25,849 nt of DNA from the IMG/VR virus record IMGVR_UViG_3300028146_000009, positions 1-25,849 of that record; one strand, given 5' to 3'. Origin of the DNA: a virus. Its lineage: Duplodnaviria; Heunggongvirae; Uroviricota; Caudoviricetes. The notes below the pieces were generated by a model. The model had not been told where the DNA came from. It saw nothing but the letters and a program-made list of their open reading frames with translations, and searched no databases. Positions 7,861 to 14,675 of this stretch are shown in pieces. The position numbers and the translations under genes are program-made. Position 1 is the stretch's first letter. The number at the start of each line of letters is the position of its first letter.

Positions 7861-8095
7861 AGCTGAAATTAATGGAAATGTAGCCCAACCTGAAGAAAAG
7901 CAAGCAGATCCAGTTCCTAAAAATAAAGCATTTAGCGTACTTTTTGATGAAAAAACTAATAAATGGTTAGCGGTCGAAGTAATTTTTGATTATCAATCAG
8001 GAACTTTAGGCGGAATTCGCGTTGTAGAACAAAATCCTCAGAAATATATTGTAGTTGAAAGACTTCAAGTTCTTGTGAGTCAAAATTTTCTATGA
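7832..8095 (+). CDS. hypothetical protein (start revised from 7682)
   Basis: AAGGAG upstream of ATG 7832 (MVKKQIEEAK...). Confidence 0.65.
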   Translation: MVKKQIEEAKAEINGNVAQPEEKQADPVPKNKAFSVLFDEKTNKWLAVEVIFDYQSGTLGGIRVVEQNPQKYIVVERLQVLVSQNFL

Positions 8096-8289
8096 TACCA
8101 GAATTTAAGGAGCCAAAACTTACAATTACAACATATTTAGCAGTTTTAGTTTATTTTATATTTTCAATTTTTATATGGTTTCCGGTCGGATTATTAATGA
8201 GTTTAGTAAATCCAAAGTTGACAATTATGATATTTGTAATGTATTTTGTAAAGGAAGTTTCACGAATGTATTTGGGGATTAAAGCATGA
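8092..8289 (+). CDS. small membrane protein, two TM helices
   Basis: Two long hydrophobic stretches. Confidence 0.65.
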   Translation: MIPEFKEPKLTITTYLAVLVYFIFSIFIWFPVGLLMSLVNPKLTIMIFVMYFVKEVSRMYLGIKA

Positions 8290-8534
8290 AAAAATTAATT
8301 ATAATTGCCGGACTATTTTTGACCATAGGGTGCACTGATGCTAATAAACTTTCCTATCAAACATTAGGTTCTAAATTCAAAGTAGAATGCTATTCAGGCG
8401 GATCTTTAATTTATTTTGGAGAAACAACAGGACAACACTTGACTTCAGAAGGCGGAACTTTTACATTTAAAGATTCAAAAAATAGAGCAATTGAAATTAA
8501 TGCAAATTGTATTTTTAGTACGGATCTAAAATGA
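8286..8534 (+). CDS. putative lipoprotein
   Basis: MKKLIIIAGLFLTIG-C lipobox-like signal. Confidence 0.75.
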   Translation: MKKLIIIAGLFLTIGCTDANKLSYQTLGSKFKVECYSGGSLIYFGETTGQHLTSEGGTFTFKDSKNRAIEINANCIFSTDLK

Positions 8535-8734
8535 CTGATACTAAATTCAAATATAATGATCATATAATCATAAAATATGGATTTCATCGAGGAATGTCTG
8601 GAAAAGTTCAAAATAGATGGACGACTAAAAAATTATTTAGTGAATTAAAAATTACCTATATGGTAAAAACAGATGTAGGAAATTTAGAAGTTTTTGTAAA
8701 TGAAGATCAAATTGAAATTGTAGGGAGAAAATAA
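8531..8734 (+). CDS. small SH3/KOW-like hypothetical protein
   Basis: KFKYNDHIIIKYGFHRGMSGKV pattern. Confidence 0.6.
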   Translation: MTDTKFKYNDHIIIKYGFHRGMSGKVQNRWTTKKLFSELKITYMVKTDVGNLEVFVNEDQIEIVGRK

Positions 8735-8938
8735 ATGTTCAAATATGGAGATAAAGTAAAAGTTAAAGATGATTTTTATAATAATCCAGTAGGTAGAATT
8801 GTTGGAAGAATAAAAAATTTAGGAATAGAGGGAAATAAATATACTGTAGAAATGATTTTTTCTGGAAATACTCCATATACTGATAAAGTTTATAATGATT
8901 ATTATAAAAAAGATTTAAAGAAAGTTGGTAAAAAATGA
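8735..8938 (+). CDS. small SH3/KOW-like hypothetical protein
   Basis: MFKYGDKVKVKDDFYNNPVGRIV pattern. Confidence 0.6.
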   Translation: MFKYGDKVKVKDDFYNNPVGRIVGRIKNLGIEGNKYTVEMIFSGNTPYTDKVYNDYYKKDLKKVGKK

Positions 8939-9540
8939 ATCGAAGTGAGTCAATTTTAAAACTAGCCCCGGCCCTTTTAAAAGTTCAAAGAGAAATGGGT
9001 GACGCAAAAAAAGGTACAGCAAATACCTACTTTAAAAGCTCTTATGCTGATTTAAATTCTGTGAGAGAAACTGCATTGCCAGTTTTAAATGCAAATGGAA
9101 TCGCATGTTTGCAACCAACGGTAGAAGTTAATATGAAAAATTTCGTAGAAACAGTTTTAGTTCATGAATCGGGAGAATGGCTTTCAAGTTTAACTGAGAT
9201 TAAGAATTCTAAAGGTGATGCTCAAACTGAAGGCTCTGGAATCTCTTATGCTCGAAGATATGGTCTTCAAAGTCTATTAAATATTGGCGCGGTCGATGAC
9301 GATGCAGAAAGTACTATGAATCGCTCTAAACCGGCCCAAGTTGAATCAAAAACAACCCAAACTGTCCAATCCACCACTGAAGTTAAAAAGGGTCCAGGTA
9401 GGCCAGCTAAAGCTGCTGTAGCAGTACCAACCCCGGCACTGGTAAAAGAAACTCCAGTAACAAAACTTCCAACTAAAGTCGCAAATGGATATTCTGGAAA
9501 TGGAACGCATAATCAAACCGTTAATGAAGATGAATGGTAA
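8935..9540 (+). CDS. erf: ERF-family single-strand annealing protein
   Basis: YFKSSYADL, GSGISYARRYGLQSLLNI and DDDAE motifs; low-complexity C-terminal tail. Confidence 0.92.
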   Translation: MNRSESILKLAPALLKVQREMGDAKKGTANTYFKSSYADLNSVRETALPVLNANGIACLQPTVEVNMKNFVETVLVHESGEWLSSLTEIKNSKGDAQTEGSGISYARRYGLQSLLNIGAVDDDAESTMNRSKPAQVESKTTQTVQSTTEVKKGPGRPAKAAVAVPTPALVKETPVTKLPTKVANGYSGNGTHNQTVNEDEW

Positions 9541-9543
9541 GTT

Positions 9544-9643
9544 ATTGCAGCGTCGTGGAAGGACACGAAATGGTAGGTACAGTCGAGAAAGCCCGAAAAG
9601 GCCATGGCTTTCATTTTAGTTGGAATCAAGCCCAACCTGCAAT
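9544..9643 (+). ncRNA. tRNA-like structured RNA, non-canonical
   Basis: ATTGCAG(9544-50)/CTGCAAT(9637-43) closing stem abutting a T-arm-like GTTGG-AATCAAGC-CCAAC (9619-36); D-arm-like CGTCGTGGAAGGACACG; internal GAAAGCC/GGCTTTC hairpin. Confidence 0.65.
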
Positions 9644-9657
9644 TTTTAAGGAATTTT

Positions 9658-10047
9658 ATGACAAAAGATGAACGACTTTATTTAAATGATTTATCCAAAA
9701 AATTATATGGAAAAACTTCACATTGGCAAAAAATGCTAAAAGGTGATAAAAAACCCATGGAAGAAATTCTAGAGGATGGAACTTCAAGGGTTTATACGGG
9801 ACTTCATTATTCAACTATTGAAGAAGTAAAAAAGATTATGGAAGATCTTTCCAAGGAAGAAGATGAATTAAAAGCTAAAAATGAATTGGAAGCAGAGGCA
9901 TTAAAACAAGCCGCTGAAATTAAAGAAAAGGCAGGCCAGCCTGGGCATTTTGTTTTAGATAATGAATCTTTTGATAAATTGGCAGAAGAATTAAAAGAAG
10001 AAAAACATGATCCAGTAATAGATGTTTTAGAAACTGTTGGGGATTAA
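9658..10047 (+). CDS. hypothetical protein with acidic coiled coil (start revised from 9604)
   Basis: AAGGA upstream of ATG 9658; the 9604 start lies inside the RNA element. Confidence 0.7.
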   Translation: MTKDERLYLNDLSKKLYGKTSHWQKMLKGDKKPMEEILEDGTSRVYTGLHYSTIEEVKKIMEDLSKEEDELKAKNELEAEALKQAAEIKEKAGQPGHFVLDNESFDKLAEELKEEKHDPVIDVLETVGD

Positions 10048-10049
10048 AA

Positions 10050-10325
10050 ATGCAGACGCGTGATTTTTGTTTCTGGTTGCAAGGATTTTTTGAAATTTCA
10101 GATTGCGGGCCAAAAAAAGCTGATTCAGCACTTTCTCATAGAGAAGTTGAAATGATTCGAGATCATTTAAAATTAGTTTTCAAACACGATCCAACTATTG
10201 CACAACCAAAGCAAGAAATTTCCCAAACTCCAACAACCGGAGTACAAACTGGGCTTTCTCAAGTTATGCAACAAATTCAAGCCGGGCAATCCTATGGCAC
10301 TACTTTTCAAGGTGCTATCTGCTAA
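10050..10325 (+). CDS. phage hypothetical protein of the FCxWLQGFxE type
   Basis: MQTRDFCFWLQGFFEI N-terminus. Confidence 0.7.
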   Translation: MQTRDFCFWLQGFFEISDCGPKKADSALSHREVEMIRDHLKLVFKHDPTIAQPKQEISQTPTTGVQTGLSQVMQQIQAGQSYGTTFQGAIC

Positions 10326-10951
10326 TGAAAGAAATTATTCCACCAAATAGAACTTTAACTCCAGAAGAATATGAAGCAAAGCTTTTGGAGATTGAAAATA
10401 AGCCAGAAAAAACTGACCCACTAGACGTTCATGCGGCAATGGTTAAATATTATATTCCTCGTTTAAAAATTCAAATTGGTAATCTTTCTAAAAAGCAACT
10501 TCTGACAATGGTTACCGATTTGGCCGGAAGTTCCTATAATGATGAATCAGATGTAAATAAAATTCTAGCAATGTCTAAAGATTTAGGTCTGGGGGCTCTT
10601 CAAAGAGTTCTAACCGGCGCCATTGTAAATCCTTTTGATGAAATTGAACTAAAACTCTCATTTGATAAAGAAAAACGATTATTTCAACTATTTGACAGTT
10701 TATTAACGAACAAGTATTTTAATTGTTTGGTGGTCGGCCTTTCAAATGCGGGTGAAAATAAAAAACAAGAATTAGAAGATTTTATCTTGCATAAAATTGA
10801 TACAAATAGTACTCTATTTAAGAAACGAACTGCTGCTGAAAAAGATAGTTTTTTTACTTCAAATAAACTTTTATGCAGTAAATTTTTAATGATTTTAGTA
10901 AAAACTAACGAATATAGAGAAAGGGAAATAAATGAAGCTATTAAAAAATGA
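10325..10951 (+). CDS. hypothetical protein
   Basis: 208-aa ORF, TAATG overlap. Confidence 0.75.
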   Translation: MKEIIPPNRTLTPEEYEAKLLEIENKPEKTDPLDVHAAMVKYYIPRLKIQIGNLSKKQLLTMVTDLAGSSYNDESDVNKILAMSKDLGLGALQRVLTGAIVNPFDEIELKLSFDKEKRLFQLFDSLLTNKYFNCLVVGLSNAGENKKQELEDFILHKIDTNSTLFKKRTAAEKDSFFTSNKLLCSKFLMILVKTNEYREREINEAIKK

Positions 10952-11099
10952 AGTAAAGCTTTTAGCAAAAGTTAGAGTTTTCTTGGATAATTATGGTAAA
11001 ATGAAATATAAAGATAAATTCTTTGATATTGAAAATAAAAAAGCTGAAGAAATATTTAAAATGACTGAATTAATTACAAAAATCTTAAAGGAGCAATAA
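10932..11099 (+). CDS. hypothetical protein, 55 aa (not in ORF track)
   Basis: AAGGGA upstream; MKLLKNEVKLLAKVRVFLDNYG...ILKEQ*. Confidence 0.55.
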   Translation: MKLLKNEVKLLAKVRVFLDNYGKMKYKDKFFDIENKKAEEIFKMTELITKILKEQ

Positions 11100-11102
11100 A
11101 AA

Positions 11103-11354
11103 ATGGCTGAAGGTCAAAAATCTGTAGCAATTGGACAATTAAGAGAAACGAAGAAAGGCACGAAAGTAATTCGTTTGGGAAATCAAAATCCTGATAAACC
11201 GGACTATGATTATACAGTTGATATTCGAGTAAAAGATCGAACGGGAAAAGTAATTGCAAAAGCTACTAATCCATGGGTAAATTTAATTAATCCTCATCCA
11301 AAAGCACCAGGTTTCATTCTTAATGATTTAAAAATTTTCGTGGATGAAGAATAA
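11103..11354 (+). CDS. small beta-rich hypothetical protein with acidic tail (possible ssDNA-binding protein)
   Basis: AAGGAG RBS; beta-strand pattern, ends FVDEE; located upstream of the primase-helicase. Confidence 0.65.
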   Translation: MAEGQKSVAIGQLRETKKGTKVIRLGNQNPDKPDYDYTVDIRVKDRTGKVIAKATNPWVNLINPHPKAPGFILNDLKIFVDEE

Positions 11355-11361
11355 AAATATG

Positions 11362-11390
11362 AAGTAAGGACTCCTCCTTCCCACTTACTT
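11362..11390 (+). promoter_or_regulatory. hairpin with C-rich anti-Shine-Dalgarno loop
   Basis: AAGTAAG/CTTACTT stem; loop GACTCCTCCTTCCCA. Confidence 0.5.
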
Positions 11391-11394
11391 TGTA

Positions 11395-11448
11395 GCCCCG
11401 TTAAAAGTCACCGCTTCTAGCTTTGAACTTTCTTCGGGGTATTTTTTT
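11395..11448 (+). terminator. intrinsic terminator-like long hairpin plus T-tract
   Basis: GCCCCG(11395-400)/CGGGGT(11435-40) with inner AAAGTCA/TGAACTTT pairing, followed by A and T7. Confidence 0.6.
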
Positions 11449-11453
11449 AAGCT

Positions 11454-11574
11454 AAGCCAGAACCCTGATGCATTGCTATGGGTTTAAAGTAGGGCCATAA
11501 GGACTTGATGTTTTAATAAGGTGTCATGGCGTGTGGCTAGGACTAAACCACTACTTATTAATTCGTGCTGGCTT
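11454..11574 (+). ncRNA. candidate multibranch structured RNA or 5' leader of the primase-helicase gene
   Basis: Nested pairings AAGCCAG/CTGGCTT, AACCC/GGGTT, AAGTAG/CTACTT, GCCAT/ATGGC, TGG/CCA. Confidence 0.45.
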
Positions 11575-11591
11575 TTTAACTTTAAGGAACA

Positions 11592-13523
11592 ATGATGCAA
11601 ATGGCAAATGAAAAATACATCAGATTAGCTAAAAATTTTACAGATCGAGGAATTCTAATTACACCAGATAAAATCAAAGATCACGTAAAGAATCCAGAAA
11701 TTCCACATTACATCTCTCCATATTATTATAATCAAGAACATTTTAATAAATTCAAAGAAACTGGAAGTGTTGCCGGTTTTGAGAATCTTTTTACCGATAA
11801 AATTTGGTGGGACTTTGACTCCAAAGAAAAACTCACTTTTGCTAAAAATGATACTTTAACTTTAATTGAAAGACTTTCCAAACATGTTGATCAAAATAAA
11901 ATTGAAATATTTTTTTCTGGATCAAAAGGATTTCATGTTGTTTTAAACTTAAATCGTGAATTAAATCAAAAACAAGTTAAAAAAGTTGCAATGGATTTCG
12001 CTAAAGATCTCAAAACTTTTGATACTGTAGTTTATAACGAAAATCGCTATCTAAGACTCGTTGGAACGAAACATCAAGAAACTGATTTCTATAAAATCCC
12101 ATTAACATTTGATGAACTAAAAAATCTAAAAAAACCTAGTGATCTTTATGAAAAGGCCAAATCGCCCGCAAAAGACTACAAATCACTTGAAAAAGTAGAA
12201 ATGGATGATTCCTGGTTTGAAATTAAAGAAGTTGAAGCTGAAATTAAATCTCAATCTTTATCAATGGATTTCGATCTTTCCACAAAACCAAGGAATTGGA
12301 AAGCTTCAAAATGGGCATTGATGCAAGGATTTTTCAAAGGCGGTGAAAGAGATAATTCCATGATGGTTTTGTCCGCGACTTTAAAAGCAATGGGCTACGA
12401 TGAAACTCAAACTTATAGTCTTTGTAAAGATGCACTTAAAAAGTCTTGGAAACGCTATGGAGAAGGTGAATTTTCAAAAGAAGATCTATGGAATATTATA
12501 GAGCGCACTTTTTCTAAAAAAGATCTGGGTCAATATTCTGAAAAAACTGACATGTTTCTTCAAAAGAAAGCAGAAGAACTGGGAATTAAAGAACTTACAA
12601 CTTCTGAAATTGTAGACATAAAAGGAGCTTTAAGAATCTATAAAGATTATGCCAAAAATATTTCAAAACTTACTTTAAGAACCGGCATTAAAGAGTTAGA
12701 TGAAAAGCAAAGAATAACTGTTGGAATGGCTTTTGGAATTGTGGCTGCCCCAGGAAGCGGAAAAACCACACTAGCCCTCACAATGCTCCATTCAATGTCT
12801 AAAGAAGGAGAACTTTGTATATTTTTCTCCTACGATATGTATGCACCATTAATTGTCCAAAAAATTATACAGAAGCACTGGAAAGGTAAAGAAAATATTA
12901 ATGAAGTCTTTAAAAAATACGAAGCAAATGATCAAGAATTTGTAGACAAGGTCGAGGCCTTGATAACTTCAGAATATCCTAATGTAAAATTTTGTTTTGA
13001 AACAGGTCAAAGTATTGAAGATATTTATATTGCAATTAGAAATGCAGAACAAACTTATGGAAAGAAATGTAAATTTGTCGTAATTGATTATAATGAACTT
13101 GTGATTTCAGATGTGGCCGATCCAACTCAAGGGTCAAATAAAACTGCGCAACAAGTAAGAGCTATGGCCCAAAAAGAACAACTTTGCGTCCTAAGTCTTT
13201 TCCAACCTTCAAAGGTCACAGGAGATCCTTCCTCTGAAATTATGTCTTATCGCGCAGCAAAAGGTGGCAGTGGAATTGAACAAAGCCTCCGTTTAATGCT
13301 TGGAGTTTCAAGGCCTGGATATGATCCAAATGATCCGGACAATGATAAATTCTTAAATCTTAAAGTATTAAAAAACAATATGGGTCAAATTTTTGCCGTA
13401 GATCTTCATTGGGATGGTTACAAAGGGGAAATTAGATCTTTAACTCCAAGTGAAAAAGTTGAACTTGGAACTTTAAGACAAGCAAAAAAAGATGAAAAGG
13501 CTGGGAATGATGAACCGTGGTAA
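11592..13523 (+). CDS. AEP-type primase (prim-pol) fused to a DnaB-like SF4 helicase
   Basis: WWDFDS (DxD), FSGSKGFH, RYLRLVGTKH; C-terminal Walker A AAPGSGKTT, Walker B VVIDY, SLFQPSK. Confidence 0.88.
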   Translation: MMQMANEKYIRLAKNFTDRGILITPDKIKDHVKNPEIPHYISPYYYNQEHFNKFKETGSVAGFENLFTDKIWWDFDSKEKLTFAKNDTLTLIERLSKHVDQNKIEIFFSGSKGFHVVLNLNRELNQKQVKKVAMDFAKDLKTFDTVVYNENRYLRLVGTKHQETDFYKIPLTFDELKNLKKPSDLYEKAKSPAKDYKSLEKVEMDDSWFEIKEVEAEIKSQSLSMDFDLSTKPRNWKASKWALMQGFFKGGERDNSMMVLSATLKAMGYDETQTYSLCKDALKKSWKRYGEGEFSKEDLWNIIERTFSKKDLGQYSEKTDMFLQKKAEELGIKELTTSEIVDIKGALRIYKDYAKNISKLTLRTGIKELDEKQRITVGMAFGIVAAPGSGKTTLALTMLHSMSKEGELCIFFSYDMYAPLIVQKIIQKHWKGKENINEVFKKYEANDQEFVDKVEALITSEYPNVKFCFETGQSIEDIYIAIRNAEQTYGKKCKFVVIDYNELVISDVADPTQGSNKTAQQVRAMAQKEQLCVLSLFQPSKVTGDPSSEIMSYRAAKGGSGIEQSLRLMLGVSRPGYDPNDPDNDKFLNLKVLKNNMGQIFAVDLHWDGYKGEIRSLTPSEKVELGTLRQAKKDEKAGNDEPW

Positions 13524-13815
13524 ACTCTTTGATATTTTTTTGGGAGAAAATGTTATAATTACAATTGACACTTTAAGTTCTGTAACTCATACTTCAGAAC
13601 ATGGAACTATAATTGAATCTTATCCAACGGAATACTCTGGAATCCTACTGGATTATGATGAAGAAAACTTTTACCTCGGCGATTTAATTTCCGGCGTCCG
13701 AGAGGCGATTCCAAAAGCGCGCAGGATTAATATAAAACTAGATGATGGAATGGAAATTGTAAATAAAGTTTTGGAACAAATGCCAGATCCCCAAACTGAG
13801 GAGGATGTAAATTGA
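13507..13815 (+). CDS. second Sm/LSm-like fold candidate
   Basis: FLGENVIITI...YSGILLDYDEENFYLGD resembles the Sm1 motif (GxLxxxDxxxNxxL) with a long loop insert; start at ATG 13507 or 13510. Confidence 0.5.
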   Translation: MMNRGKLFDIFLGENVIITIDTLSSVTHTSEHGTIIESYPTEYSGILLDYDEENFYLGDLISGVREAIPKARRINIKLDDGMEIVNKVLEQMPDPQTEEDVN

Positions 13816-14135
13816 AAAGAGAAGAACAAATTCAAAAAGCTGCTAAAGAAATAGTTCAACAAACTTTCAAAGTGGTTGATGAATATTTTATAAGTCATGG
13901 TGATGAAGAAATGTATTGGATAAAATTAGGAGCACAATGGGCCGATGAAAATCCAAGATGGGAATTTGAAGGCGCAGATGTACTAACTTCTTTAGATTCT
14001 AAAATTCAAAGTCTTGAAGAAAAACTATTAAAAGCAAAAGAAGCTCTAAAAGAAATATTGGAATTTCATTTTTATGGACATCACGCTAAAAAATTTAAAC
14101 AAATATTAAAAGAATTAAATGACCCCCGAACTTAA
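13812..14135 (+). CDS. hypothetical coiled-coil protein
   Basis: TTG start overlapping the previous stop. Confidence 0.65.
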   Translation: MKREEQIQKAAKEIVQQTFKVVDEYFISHGDEEMYWIKLGAQWADENPRWEFEGADVLTSLDSKIQSLEEKLLKAKEALKEILEFHFYGHHAKKFKQILKELNDPRT

Positions 14136-14385
14136 TGAAAAACTGACCCTCGTTGAATGCGCATTAATCTCCGAAGCAGATTATCTTGAAGTTTCGTATC
14201 AGAATGGGTATATTTATATTTTACTATCAAAACGTGAGTACAAATATTATACTTTAAGTGAAAGAATTTATTCAGTGTTTGAATTATTAAAACTTACGGT
14301 GCCTGAAATTTTATATGAACATCCATTTTTGATTGAAACTTTTAGCGAACCTGAATTAACCAATTTAATGAAAATGTATTTATGA
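14119..14385 (+). CDS. hypothetical protein, possibly BolA-like fold
   Basis: YILLSKREYKYYTLSERIYSVFELL...HPFLIETFSEPE pattern. Confidence 0.5.
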   Translation: MTPELNEKLTLVECALISEADYLEVSYQNGYIYILLSKREYKYYTLSERIYSVFELLKLTVPEILYEHPFLIETFSEPELTNLMKMYL

Positions 14386-14675
14386 AAAAATATTTAATAT
14401 CTAAAAAAGATCAAATTGAATATAAAAATGCTACCGGACTTGATTTAAAAAAAGAAAAACGCCGCACAGGGACTTCAACAGCGATTGCTTTGGAAACTAT
14501 TGCAAAATCTATTAGAAATCCAAACGAAGAAATTAGAATAATTGATCATTTTCCAACTAGACAAGCCGATAAACATTTAATGAAAACAATTTATTATATG
14601 ATTGAATCTTTAAATTTAGTTGGATTTGAATTTAATAAAACTGAATTAACTATAAAATTTAATCTTTATGAATGA
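14382..14675 (+). CDS. hypothetical protein with a degenerate P-loop-like segment
   Basis: RRTGTSTAIAL...IRIIDH. Confidence 0.6.
   Translation: MKKYLISKKDQIEYKNATGLDLKKEKRRTGTSTAIALETIAKSIRNPNEEIRIIDHFPTRQADKHLMKTIYYMIESLNLVGFEFNKTELTIKFNLYE

Noticed and set aside
9544-9643. Canonical tRNA gene
   Set aside because: No 5-bp stem with a 7-nt anticodon loop, no TTC in the T-loop, no CCA; kept as a tRNA-like ncRNA candidate instead.
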